From contig JARFOE010000192.1 of NCBI GenBank assembly GCA_031763465.1, positions 4,406,880 to 4,447,718 of the forward strand: a stretch of 40,839 nt of DNA. Direction: 5' to 3'. This document shows positions 24,905 through 36,680 of this stretch, in pieces. The DNA comes from Squatina squatina. Its lineage: Eukaryota. Position numbers and translations under genes: made by a program. The notes beneath the pieces were generated by a model. That model was given only the letters and a program-made list of their open reading frames with translations, ran no database searches and was not told the origin of the DNA. Position 1 is the stretch's first letter. Each line of letters opens with the position of its first letter.

Positions 24905-25115
24905 TGACTTGTCACCTAGCTTTCCCCATCGGACATTCAACCCCACTCCACCCCCGACCCGTCTGACCTTCAACTCCCACCCTGCCACTGGTCAACCTCT
25001 GACCCCGGCCCTAGTCTGGCCTTCGACCCCACCCCCACGGTTAACCTTCCCTCCCAACCCCCAGTCTGACCTTCAATCCCTCCCCCATGCCTGGCCTTTG
25101 ACACCTCCCTCTCGG
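24905..25115. repeat. Degenerate C-rich minisatellite (about 20-25 nt units, GTCTGACCTTCAAYCCC-like)
   Basis: Recurring gtctgaccttcaac, gtctggccttcgac and cctggcctttgac units separated by C runs. Adjoins a 541-N gap. Confidence 0.7.
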
Positions 25116-25879
25116 NNNNNNNNNNNNNNNNNNNNNNNNNNNNNNNNNNNNNNNNNNNNNNNNNNNNNNNNNNNNNNNNNNNNNNNNNNNNNNNNNNNNN
25201 NNNNNNNNNNNNNNNNNNNNNNNNNNNNNNNNNNNNNNNNNNNNNNNNNNNNNNNNNNNNNNNNNNNNNNNNNNNNNNNNNNNNNNNNNNNNNNNNNNNN
25301 NNNNNNNNNNNNNNNNNNNNNNNNNNNNNNNNNNNNNNNNNNNNNNNNNNNNNNNNNNNNNNNNNNNNNNNNNNNNNNNNNNNNNNNNNNNNNNNNNNNN
25401 NNNNNNNNNNNNNNNNNNNNNNNNNNNNNNNNNNNNNNNNNNNNNNNNNNNNNNNNNNNNNNNNNNNNNNNNNNNNNNNNNNNNNNNNNNNNNNNNNNNN
25501 NNNNNNNNNNNNNNNNNNNNNNNNNNNNNNNNNNNNNNNNNNNNNNNNNNNNNNNNNNNNNNNNNNNNNNNNNNNNNNNNNNNNNNNNNNNNNNNNNNNN
25601 NNNNNNNNNNNNNNNNNNNNNNNNNNNNNNNNNNNNNNNNNNNNNNNNNNNNNNNNACATAGAAGACAGCTTACATGTGCACGTATATTATACAAACAGA
25701 AGCAAACCATTTCAGCTGGCAGCAATAGAAACTATTCTTACATTTACCCATCGTAACTTAGTCAAATATATGTATATATAAAGATAAAATATCAGAGTTT
25801 TAATGGTTTGAAGAAAAACAGACATTGGGTCTGTCACATGCATTAACCCAGTGAGCCATCAGGGTGACCAGAAACCCTC

Positions 25880-26608
25880 TTTTATATGGAGTGGCACATT
25901 TCATATCTGATTTTGTCTCTCACAGCTGGCATCAGATCCTATCAAATAACTTCTTTGCCACAGATTTTCACCTGATCGTCCAGAAAAGCAGATTCTGTGT
26001 CCTGGATTTGCTCTCTAACTTGGCAGTGAAGTACCTTCATCTAGAGTGAACATAATTATTGATTGAGTGGGTGAGTGGCCAATAAGGATCAGTGCCTGCT
26101 CAGTTCCTGGATATGTGTTGAACAGTCATCTCTTCAAGCTTAGTGTTGCTTAATTCCTTCCGCTCAGACTAAGAAACTAAGTGCATAATGGGAACTCTGC
26201 ATCATGAAGGCCTCTCTTGCTTATTGACTTTCACACAGTGGTATGCAGCCTCTCCTCCTGAGGCTTTTATTTTCCAGTTGGAACTTGGAATGCTCTTCTC
26301 CACTTCACGCTATAATCAGATGCAGGTTCTTTGTTGTGACTTATTTCGCTGCTGGGCTGTGAAGTTTGTTTTCAGGCAGGAGCTCTCCTTTCATGGTGCA
26401 CTTGCAGACTAGTCAATACTGTCGTTGGTAAATGGGGAGCTAATTTTCATGTTTAGCAGACTCCTCTCCATTAACTGAGCCTGTGGTGCTAGTTTTCTTC
26501 ACTCCTTGCATGCTGGACTATTAGTTCAACTTTGGTGTTCAATACCATGTATTGTTTTACTTTAATGTCACAACATTGATTTATTCTTTGCTAAGACCAT
26601 CTTGCAAT
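25880..26608 (-). pseudogene. Exon-like decayed coding segment
   Basis: Strong acceptor cattttcttacag at 26609-26621, followed by purine-rich coding-like sequence with many stops. The 3' boundary is uncertain. Confidence 0.3.
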
Positions 26609-27263
26609 CTGTAAGAAAATGAAGCCCACTTNNNNNNNNNNNNNNNNNNNNNNNNNNNNNNNNNNNNNNNNNNNNNNNNNNNNNNNNNNNNNNNNNNNNN
26701 NNNNNNNNNNNNNNNNNNNNNNNNNNNNNNNCTTCATATTTCCAACGTTACCTGTTTTTCTTTTATAATTTCTTTGTTTCTCCTATCCCACTGTTGGGCA
26801 TTGTTAAATTCCTGCATTCAAACTCAATTTCAACTGTCGGTGCAGGTTAGATTAGCTCAGCATAGGCCACTTCAAGAGTGACTAGCAAGACTGCTGGTGT
26901 ACTTGTAGACATTACAAAGACTTCTAGTGCAAAGGCTTCCTACTAATAGATTTAAAATTCTGAATTACAGCATTATTAATAGCTTATAATATTGATATGC
27001 TTGTAGCACAAATTACATCAGGTCCTTAAGATACAAGACATGAAACATTTGCAAAATTAGGAGGCAATACGAGTTTTCATTTTTAAAAATCCTTGGCTCA
27101 ATGTAAAAGCGAAGACGGTACTAACTGAATTGCCACTGAATACTTGCCACTGAATAATAGATTATTAAAATGACTAATTACATAACTGAACCAATAAATT
27201 ACAAGAAGCCAGACTAGTGGCAGTGAATAATAAAAGCATTTCATCGCTATAGGTTCCACTTAC

Positions 27264-27827
27264 ACGTTCCCTCAGGTCTGCCTTTCTTTTACACAGATTC
27301 ACTCTCCTTCTCTCTTTTACACACACAGTGGAATCCTTACACTTCCTTAATGGAGTGATCACTGAAACAGGTCAAGGATGTTGGTTGATGCAGGGCCCAG
27401 ATGAATGTACATACCATCTGTACTCATGACTAATCGGCTTAAGCAGATTAACCCACACAAGTTTCCATCACCTCTCCAGCTCAGCTCTTCAACTGAATCT
27501 TTTGAAGTACTGATGCTTGATTGCAGCATTGAATGATGGAGCTTATGCAAAGGTCCTCATCAGGGTGCTTCTTGAGGACATCATGACCAAGTCCTTCATC
27601 TTTGACCTAGTTACAGCGATCCGACCACTCAGGAGGATTCTGGCACTGCTATCAAATCCTGCCTTTTTGCCAAGAATTCATCACATATAGAAAAACTTGA
27701 CATGCAGCCCTGTCTTTCATGCCACAGATGTCGGGATTTCAGGACCAAACTTTGCGCTGCTTGTCTTCACTGACAGTCTGACACAATCCTTGTCAGCTTT
27801 CCCATTTTCCTCAGGGTGAGGATGTAC
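27264..27827 (-). pseudogene. Exon-like decayed coding segment
   Basis: Acceptor cccttccttccaag and donor CGT|gtaagt (27263). Protein-like stretches such as VKDEGLGHDVLKKHPDEDLCISSIIQCC and LVMSTDGMYIH are broken by stops and frameshifts. Confidence 0.35.
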
Positions 27828-27959
27828 CTTGGAAGGAAGGGTTGTCTCCAACATTAATACTTCCACGTGGATGATTCAAGAATAACAACCCATTGCCCGT
27901 GATTGAGCCATCTCTGAGTTATGGTAATGAGATGAGGTATAGTCCAAAGCAGGTTATTG

Positions 27960-28060
27960 AAGGACAGAGCAAGAAAGAGAGAGAAAACAAAGAGAGAAAG
28001 AGAAAGGCACACACACACACACACACTGGGAGAGACACCAAGAGAGAGAAATGGAAAGGG
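27960..28060. repeat. (GA)-rich and (CA)n microsatellite
   Basis: Directly visible gagagaaa runs and cacacacacacacacac. Confidence 0.85.
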
Positions 28061-28161
28061 AGGGGGCTACAGAGAAAAAGCCACGCACACTTATATGAAC
28101 AATGGCTTTCCAGGTAGGTCACAGAAAGGTGAGGGTCTCCATTGGTCATGGAACAGGGAAC

Positions 28162-28269
28162 AAGGTCTTCTCGGTACACGTGGAGGTTTGTATTAATCAT
28201 ATTCAGTCCTACCAACAGCCCAATAATCGTCATGCCTTCTTCCATCATCGGTGTGTGGTTCTCACAAAA
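28162..28269 (-). pseudogene. RUFY1/2/3-like RUN-domain C-terminal fragment
   Basis: FCENHTPMMEE-GMTIIGLLVGLNMINTNLHVYREDL aligns with remembered RUFY2 [37 protein letters not shown]. Cut on its 5' side by a SINE tail. Confidence 0.8.
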
Positions 28270-28311
28270 GAAAGACTTGGATTTATATAGCACCTTTCAC
28301 AACCACTGGAT
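28270..28311 (-). mobile_element. SINE 3' tail (Deu-SINE/L2-like tail)
   Basis: The minus strand reads gtgaaaggtgctatataaatccaagtctttctttt, the shark SINE tail motif, also seen at 34900-34965. Confidence 0.7.
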
Positions 28312-29206
28312 NNNNNNNNNNNNNNNNNNNNNNNNNNNNNNNNNNNNNNNNNNNNNNNNNNNNNNNNNNNNNNNNNNNNNNNNNNNNNNNNNNNNNNNNN
28401 NNNNNNNNNNNAGTCAGGATGGTGTTTTACAGCTAAGTAACTAACATACCTTATTTTTACAGGCCAGCATTGGCTGCCTCAGTGCAAACCAATGTTGTAG
28501 TGGGGACCTGAAGCTGACATTAAGCTCCTTATTTGCATATGCAAAGGGCTGTACACCTGTTTCAGGCGTAGGTAAAGGACATATCTTGTTTGCCCTTACC
28601 CAATATGATGGACGGCGCACTTCTGTTTGGAAGTGTGCGCGGGTGCTTCCTGCCTGCCATTTTGGGGCCTTAGGAGGCTGCATAACGCCTGTAAAATGGA
28701 AATTTCCAGACCATTATGTTTAAGGGTTAATCACGTTTTTTGTATGAAAGTGAAGTGCAACTTAGTATAAAGCATTGACAATTGAGGGATAGCAAGTAAA
28801 ATCTAATTTAATTATTCATATATAAATAGTGTTGGTTGCTTCATACTGTGGTGGATGATGAACATGAGAAATACCAACAATCACTAGAAAATTACTTACC
28901 TTGTAATTAATGTAAATTGGCCATTTTTCAATGGGGCTAAATTTCTGCAGATGGAACCTTAAGGACATCTGCATGCTGGTGAGATTATGGATAACCATTT
29001 GCATGGGCTTNNNNNNNNNNATTTTTGAGAAAAATGGATAAACTTGAAATTCAGCAAATTAAAACACCAAATTAACCAATAATATTTTGGTCACCATGGA
29101 AGATTTTGCCTAAGAAATTAGAAATCTTTCAAGTAGGAAGTCTTTTATATCTTTATAATGTTCAGTTCATTAATTAAAATGTACATCATATTTTAATGCA
29201 ACTTAC

Positions 29207-29965
29207 CCACAGGGACCAAACATTTACCTTGCAGCAGAAACAGGAAATACATTAAGATTGGGTTTATATGTGGCAAGAGAATTGTAATTCTACTCAGCCT
29301 GCCTAATATATTTTAATTGCTGCAAGGTTTTTCAATACCTGTCTGAAAACACCTTGGGTTCTTAGATGGGGCCATTGATTTTTTCTGCAGCAAGTGAGAC
29401 AGACGCAAGGAACCCTCTTCAGGATGAAGCAAAGGATCCCCCCACAAAGCTGTCTCCTCTTGTACTATTGCCACCAAAGAAATGATAAAAAGTGTTTTCT
29501 TGGGCAAACAAGGTTTATGTCACTTGCTTTGATGCATTACTATACTGAAGACTGATTGATTTAACAAATAACCCTGGTGGTGGCCTGGAGGGATCTGATG
29601 GCATGCAAATATAATACTGTCACTTTCTCACCATGGGCAGAGCTGTCCTTGTGCTGAAAGTTACCTGGAGGTACTGATCAGGGAGGCAGCAGAACTCAGT
29701 GACTGTGTCCATTGTGAATCATAGATGATGAAGGCTGCTCTCTTCCGGCAAACCTAAGTTGGTGTACTGAGATCTGAACACATAGCTCTTGCAATGAGGG
29801 TGATGTGAGTGTGACATGTCTTGGGTGCAACCACTCTTGCATTTCCTCCTTCCAAGGAAACTCTTTTATCGTCTTCAAATGTAAGAGTACCACAGAAATG
29901 CCCAAAGAAATTCTGATGCTGAACAATTTCTTTGCTGCAAACAAAATAGCAGCTGTCTGTAATAT
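29207..29965 (-). pseudogene. Decayed exon encoding a RUN-domain-like sequence (RUFY4/FYCO1-type)
   Basis: Acceptor ttttcgcacatcag (29966) and donors at 29227 and 29206. VTLTSPSLQELCVQI..QLRFAGREQPS...HSH* resembles the RUN VTxxSxxLxxLCxxLExLLxFxxKEQ..DYW motif. CLPKKTL....ETALWGDPLLHPEEGSLRLSHL resembles RUFY4 CL....L...REWYGPRSPLLCPE....ILDSL. Contains stops and frameshifts. Confidence 0.5.
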
Positions 29966-31163
29966 CTGATGTGCGAAAAGGACTGGGAAAAAACAGGAGC
30001 AGAAAGTTATGCAAGGACAATACAATTGTCAACTTATGTTCGATAACGTTAAAAAGGTCCCAAGGTGCTTCGCAGATTGCCACATGGATAAATGGATGCC
30101 GAGCTAGAAAGGGAGATTTTTATAGGAGGTATTTAAGTGTGGATAAGTTNNNNNNNNNNNNNNNNNNNNNNNNNNNNNNNNNNNNNNNNNNNNNNNNNNN
30201 NNNNNNNNNNNNNNNNNNNNNNNNNNNNNNNNNNNNNNNNNNNNNNNNNAGTTATACAAATTGAAATGAGACCACTGACTTCACTAAGTACATACAATAC
30301 AGCTTTTTGAATTACACTGGATCGACTCTGTGTCACTTGACAACAGCTGCATGAACACTGAAGTCATCCACAATTGAAATCATAACTGTGATGCCCTGTT
30401 CACACTGTCCTTTGCAAACTGGAGTGCTTCCCATTTCCGGCACAAGGCAGTTTGTGAAACACAGTATAAATGCGTGGACGCTCCACAAAGCAGTCCAAAG
30501 TAATTTCTGTGAGATCTCTTTTCCTTGCTTGTCTACATTTCTGGAGGAAATAAGCTGCACTGAAACTGATTGCTGCTTTCTGCATAGTCATTTGCAGCTG
30601 GATCATTAACTTTCAAAATCACATGTAGTTACTCAAATATGGGTTTCTATAGTATACGTACACACTAATATAATCTCAAGAGTTAATAAAATATGGCTTA
30701 TTTGCATGTCCAACAGTAAATGGCCTAACAGCAATATATATCTCTTCAAGTAAGCCCTAAGAAAGAAATATTAGAGATCAAAATAATAGAGATCAAGATC
30801 TGTTGAATATAGAGTTAACAGGAGATTCTTTTCCAAACAGGTGAGCTAAAACGGTTTATACTGCTGTTGGTGGGAAGTTGCTCACACAGAAAGGCTGTAG
30901 CGTTTATCTATATAACAATTAACTCCAAAAGTAATTAATTGCCGAATCACTTTGAGACATGTGACAAGGTGTATATAAATGCAAATATTCCTTTCATTAC
31001 TTGGCAAATATTATTCAGGCAATAAATAATCCTTTCTAAACATTGTTTACACAATGTGAATTANNNNNNNNNNNNNNNNNNNNNNNNNNNNNNNNNNNNN
31101 NNNNNNNNNNNNNNNNNNNNNNNNNNNNNNNNNNNNNNNNNNNNNNNNNNNNNNNNNNNNNNN

Positions 31164-31285
31164 CCTGCGTTACTATGTCTATGGCAGCATCTTCTTCCTT
31201 GGTGAAGACAGATGCAAAGCACTCATTTAGTACCTCGGCCATGCCCTCTTTTTGGTCCCTAGTCGGCCCACCCCTTCTCTTACTA
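31164..31285 (-). mobile_element. CR1 LINE ORF2 fragment
   Basis: MAEVLNECFASVFTKEED is the CR1 AExLNxxFxSVFT motif. Confidence 0.85.
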
Positions 31286-31302
31286 CCCATTTATGATTTA
31301 TA

Positions 31303-31500
31303 TGACATTGGTGAACCAGATGGTTTTTTTTTTAGGACAATCCGATAGTTTCATGATCACCATTGCTGATAGATGCTTTTTATTCTAGATTTATTTAATT
31401 AACTGAACTCAAATTCCCCAGCTGCCATGCCTGGGATTTGAACTCGAGTCTCTGGATCATTAGTCCAGACCTCTGAATTACTCGTCCAGTAACATATAAC
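31303..31500 (-). mobile_element. tRNA-derived SINE (5' head and body)
   Basis: gggatttgaactc (about 31433-31445) is the reverse complement of a pol III B-box GAGTTCAAATCCC, with a shark SINE body adjacent. Confidence 0.75.
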
Positions 31501-32659
31501 ACAATTAAAGACTACCGTTCTCGTTGTCTTTACAAAATGAATATAATTTATTTCCACGTACAGTCATGTGCCTTTGAGACGGATCCAATTATAGAATTCC
31601 TAAAAATATATACAAGAGCCTTGTCGGATTCCTTTCTCATTTCTTAAGGAGTGCATTTAAACTGAGAATAAACAGGGACATTGGGAGCAATGAGTGTATC
31701 AATATCAATAGTGTGCGAAGTTACACCAATTCACTGCAACAAGCGGAATGTCAGTTGTGTTGAAAGCGGCCTAAAAATGTATGCGCTTTCTTTTATACTG
31801 TGTATTAATTCATCCGCAGCAACAAACCTCAGGGTGAAACATTTGGTTATGGTGCATCTTCAGTACACAGCTTGCTGAATCTGTTTCAGGAATGAGAACA
31901 TTATAGTCACAAGATAGGTTCGGATGAAGAAGGCCCTGTGGTCTATTTGAGTGAACTCTAAGGAAGGAACAATTTGATTATGGCAAATATGTGTGAGGAA
32001 ATAATGAATGAATGAAAGGCTTGTGATAAATCTCGGAGGAGGGTTGGAACCAGATTCTGCGAGAAATTAGGACGTTGCACCGATTTAATACAAAAATATG
32101 ACCGATCTCTACAAAGAACTAGATTGTGTCATAGAAATTTCTGGTGTACATTACAATGCTTTTTTTGAGAGGTTCGGAACAAATTAGAAGATTTTGACAT
32201 ATCTCGGCACAAGAACATCTTGGAATAATCCATGCAGAGTAGCATCATGGCGAAAGGCATCTTGAGATGACAACGTCGCGATCTGCCTCCGCGGGTAACA
32301 AGCGGACAGTGACAAGTCCATCAGATGAGGACTTTCACAGATCATCCTGAGAATGAGGAGCGGGGAATCGGCGNNNNNNNNNNCCATCATTTCATGCAAT
32401 ACAGGATCAATAAATTAAATGCTGCACGGCAGTTCCGAAACCTGACTCTGGCTTGAACTGTGATTTGAACGAAGTGCTAGAGATCAGAAAGAAACTCTCT
32501 TAAGTTGTGCAGCTGTTTCAAGCTGCGAAATGTGTTGCCTAATCTTGCAACGCCGCAATTACAAGCTCTGCCACGAAAATAACTGTTCGGCGAGCTGTAG
32601 TAAATGATCATCCCGTCTCCTGCACTTCATTTCTATGCAGCTCACATACTGCCGAAGAT

Positions 32660-32697
32660 CACACCACACTACAATAAACACACCGCACTACAATAAA
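32660..32697. repeat. Tandem duplication of a 19-nt unit
   Basis: CACACCACACTACAATAAA followed by CACACCGCACTACAATAAA. Confidence 0.85.
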
Positions 32698-32869
32698 CCT
32701 GCACTTTGTTTCCTATTCATTGCATATTTACAAAAAAAAGGGGGGGGAGTGTGAAATCTGCACAGGCCCACTGCAAAAATTTTTAAAAAATCTTTAAACT
32801 GGGGAACGCAACCTGAAATGTACCAGATTAAACAAGTGTATCAATGTTTATCGGACTGAAATCTGTGGG

Positions 32870-33006
32870 ATAATGAGCGGCGGCAGCAGCGCTGCATTGG
32901 TTTGCTGGGCCGGAGCGAGGGGGAAGAGAGACAGCGGGAGCGAGCGCGAGCTCATTTTCTATTGGTTCGGAGTTGGGAATAATTGTTGGAAAGCGCGAGG
33001 GAGAGT
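32870..33006 (+). promoter_or_regulatory. Putative CpG-rich promoter/first exon of the ARHGAP21/23-like gene
   Basis: Local CpG-rich patch with two inverted CCAAT boxes (ATTGG at 32896 and 32961), upstream of the RhoGAP exons. Runs into a gap. Confidence 0.45.
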
Positions 33007-34899
33007 NNNNNNNNNNNNNNNNNNNNNNNNNNNNNNNNNNNNNNNNNNNNNNNNNNNNNNNNNNNNNNNNNNNNNNNNNNNNNNNNNNNNNNNNNNNNNN
33101 NNNNNNATGATGACTGAAAAGGATAGATTGCAGAAAAAAGACTTAAAAATTACAAGAAGCAGCAGAAGATAGATTGATTTTATATGTCTTCTCTAGTTGG
33201 GAAAGCAAAATCACGTGTAAAATAAAAAAAAAACAATTGTCTCCAAAAGCGCTTTTATATAAAAAAAACTGCACTAATGCAGAAAGTTAACTTGTGGTCA
33301 GCACTGATTTAAAATGATTTCTGATTTATCTTGTGTCTGTGGCTTCCTCGAAATTAGTCATAAGAATTGCCTGCTTGCCCATTTTGCCTGAATGTTTTTG
33401 AGCAAGTAGCTTGTTAGAGACCAGACAAGCTAATTTCGCTCTTGGGATTTGTTTTTGATGCAGCATATACTTTGTGGTTTCTAGAGTCAAACAGTGTGAC
33501 TGGAGGCTATTCATGTGTGAATACAAATCAGCGTGCCAATGTTTATCTTTGTGACGTGGTGCTACTTTAGTACTTTTTTAAAAATTGAAAACTCAGAGGG
33601 CTAAAGCCCCAAGAAGGAAATCACATTTTCCTTGGTTTGGAGAGTCTAGATCAGCTCCCAGGCTGTTCCGAAATCATGGCCCACATTGCAATCAATCGAG
33701 CTGGTCTGTACACTCTGGATAATGCCTTTCGAGTGACCTGGAGGAATGGAAAGCCACAACAGTGACTTATGTGAGACATGTTCTTGCTACTGTTGCCAGC
33801 TAATATACCAAAAAATAGTAACTGTGTCATGAATGTCTTAAAATATATTTTTAAATTTCCTAATGCACCAGTCAAAATATCAATTTATTCATTAAAACTT
33901 GGCTGAATGCTTCTTTAAAAAAAATCTGCAAATACACCAGCATTATTAAAGCAGGAGTTAGAGAACATGAAGGAGCACCATAGGGTGCCGATCTACAGAC
34001 CTGTGTGGCTCTGGTGAAAAATTGACAGCTGCTTTATTGTGAAACTAGGTATTTAAAGCAAATGTTGAGCATTAATTTACATAAATTTGCATAAGATCTG
34101 CATTTTACTAGATATTCTATGATTAAGTATTAACATTAGTGTTACTCAATTAACAGATGGAATGGAAATCCATTTTAATATGTATGAAATTAGGCTTCAA
34201 GCTGTGTGAAATTAGAATTTTAAAAATGCTATGTTCTAAATCTTTTGGCACAAAACAACAGTACTTATTGATATCAGATTCTGACAAGGATGGCTGCATG
34301 ATTTGGCCTGCCTTTGAGTGCTCTAAATATTTTCTCCTGATTTACTGTTGGGCAATGTTGTAGTTTTTCCAAAATCATTTAAATATTATAGTATTTATTC
34401 AGAGTATCAGTGATGACATAATGACTGTAATCTGATTAAATAAAGTGTTTGTAAACACCCTGCTGTTCTCATTTTTCTTTTTCTTCCCCTGCACCTAATT
34501 AAAAGGCCTTTCTGTGCATTTTGTTGTAAATTTCTGCTGCATGAATTTACTATTTCTGGTGACTAGAAACAATTGTTCTACTTTGGTAAGCACAGAAGTG
34601 GAATAGTTTAAGGGATCAAAAGTACCATATAATAAAACTGTATGCTTTAGTAGCAGATCTGTTTGGGTTTCTATATCTGGTTAAATAGTAGCACGCCCAG
34701 GAATTGTAATGCACACGTCTTCTTTCACATACTGGTCTCTCACATGCCAATTGTGTTCTCCTATCACTAAGAAAGTCAGGCTGTAAAGCTTTCTGGTTTA
34801 TTTTACATGTAATATACAAGTGAATAATATAAAATTTTCCAGTTAGATGCATCTGTCTAGCTTTCCTTACATTACATTAGTGACTGCATTTGAAAATCT

Positions 34900-34965
34900 A
34901 CTTCGTTAGCTGTAAAGTGCTTTAGGACGTCCTGAGGTCATGAAGGTGCAATACAAATGCAAATT
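34900..34965 (+). mobile_element. SINE 3' tail
   Basis: tgtaaagtgctttaggacgtcctgaggtcatgaaggtgcaatacaaatgcaa matches the shark SINE/L2-like tail. Confidence 0.65.
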
Positions 34966-34968
34966 ATT

Positions 34969-35360
34969 GGGCCTGAAATTGCGATCCCCCAGGATGGGAA
35001 TGATGTTCCCACGTACCCGGCAGGACCTCGCAAGTGCCAAATCTGGGGCTTCACTGCGCATGCCCGCAGATCCGGCACTTGTGATCTGTCAAGATTTCTC
35101 TTGACAGATCCAATGCTTAGGCTGGAAAAGAGATTTCCCGAGCCGAGCTTTGCGAGATTTTCTCTACGCTTGCACTGGAATTTTCTTTATATTTTTATGC
35201 ATGGTAAAGCTAAGCATATATGCTTGGCTATACCAGCATAAGAGTTTTAAAAAATGTTAAAATCAAAAAAATTAATGGTACATTACTTTAAAACCATTTC
35301 CATTAAGGTTTTTAAACATTTTAAAAGTTTTTTTGAATTTCAAAAACTTTTTTTGTCTTA
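34969..35360 (+). mobile_element. Non-autonomous DNA transposon (Harbinger-type MITE), copy 2
   Basis: Starts GGGCCTGAAATTGCGATCCCCCAGGATGGGAATGATGTTCCCACG, matching 4931. Internal palindrome gatctgtcaaga..tcttgacagatc (about 35082-35110). The right boundary is approximate. Confidence 0.6.
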
Positions 35361-36604
35361 TTTATCTCCTTTTTATTAACTGTTAATGTTACAATTGTTT
35401 TTAAAATGTTTTTGGATGTGTGTGTAACTTTTCATCTCNNNNNNNNNNNNNNNNNNNNNNNNNNNNNNNNNNNNNNNNNNNNNNNNNNNNNNNNNNNNNN
35501 NNNNNNNNNNNNNNNNNNNNNNNNNNNNNNNNNNNNNNGGGGTACTTTGAAAGATTCCTTAAATATTCATCTGTAGTTTTTTTTTACACAAATTGATTAC
35601 TATAGTTGTTCCTGAGTATAATTGACAAACATTTCAACTACAGAAGTTGATCGAAAACTTTTTTGAAAAAATGCTTGACTAATGAGGCTTTTGTGTATTC
35701 ATTGTGAAGCTGAGTTGTCAACTTGATATCCCCCTCTAATTGTTATTGAAATAAGATGATCTGGTTTGGTGTTGCTCTGCAGGAATAAGCTTTGTGTTTG
35801 TTTTGATTTTTGTATCTGGACATTTGGCATTTCACTTTAATTTATCAGTTCAATGCTAATTTATTTCCTGGAGTTGCAGGTAGTGGTCAGCTGGTGTACC
35901 GGGCTGACAGATGGGTGGGGAGAAAGGCCCTTTTGTGTAAGAATCTCATCACTGTACAGGCTCTGGTGCAGAGACGCAGACTGCAACAGGGACAGACATG
36001 GCCCAGTTCAGTGTATTTGACTGCGTGGTCAACCACAACTGGAGTTTGATTTGCAGCCTATACTGTGGCTGGGACACTCAGGTTTGTTCATTTTTTTTGT
36101 TTAGTGTCATCAGTTTCTTGTATGAAAATGTTTGTTTAGAGATGGTGAGAAGGCTTTTCACATAAAGCTGCAATATTCTGCATTGACTTGATGCAGCTAT
36201 GTTGCAGTGCACATATTTAACCACAAACTATTAAGTTGCTGCTAATATTGTAAGAATGTATTAGAAAATATATTTCTTATCGTGGAAAGTAGAAAAATCT
36301 GCAACGCGAGCTTTGTGCTATAAATAAAATATTGTAAGGGAAATCTCGGCAGATTANNNNNNNNNNNNNNNNNNNNNNNNNNNNNNNNNNNNNNNNNNNN
36401 NNNNNNNNNNNNNNNNNNNNNNNNNNNNNNNNNNNNNNNNNNNNNNNNNNNNNNNNCCCTCTCCTTAAAGTCCACTTCTTTAATTTTCATATCTCCTTTG
36501 ACGCAATCCATTTTTCTGATTACGCCTCCGTGAAGTGCTCTAGGATACTAGGATATCTTCCTATGTAAATGCAAGTTGTTCTTGAAGCTTAGATTATGCA
36601 TTCA

Positions 36605-36680
36605 AATCCTAGAGTGGTCTTGAACCCACGACCTTCTGACTCAGAAGTGGGTACACGACCAGATGAGCCAAACTGACATT
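36605..36680 (-). mobile_element. tRNA-derived SINE head
   Basis: The minus strand has A-box-like TTTGGCTCATCTGG and B-box GGTTCAAGACC around TCTGAGTCAGAAGGT. Confidence 0.7.

Noticed and set aside
24909-25781. Proline-rich 290-aa ORF
   Set aside because: It is the translation of a C-rich minisatellite plus a 541-N gap.
27560-27827. Firm FERM-domain call from LHVKFFY..ILLSGRI
   Set aside because: Two different frames gave equally plausible FERM-like patterns with wrong spacing, indicating over-fitting. Kept only as a weak hint.
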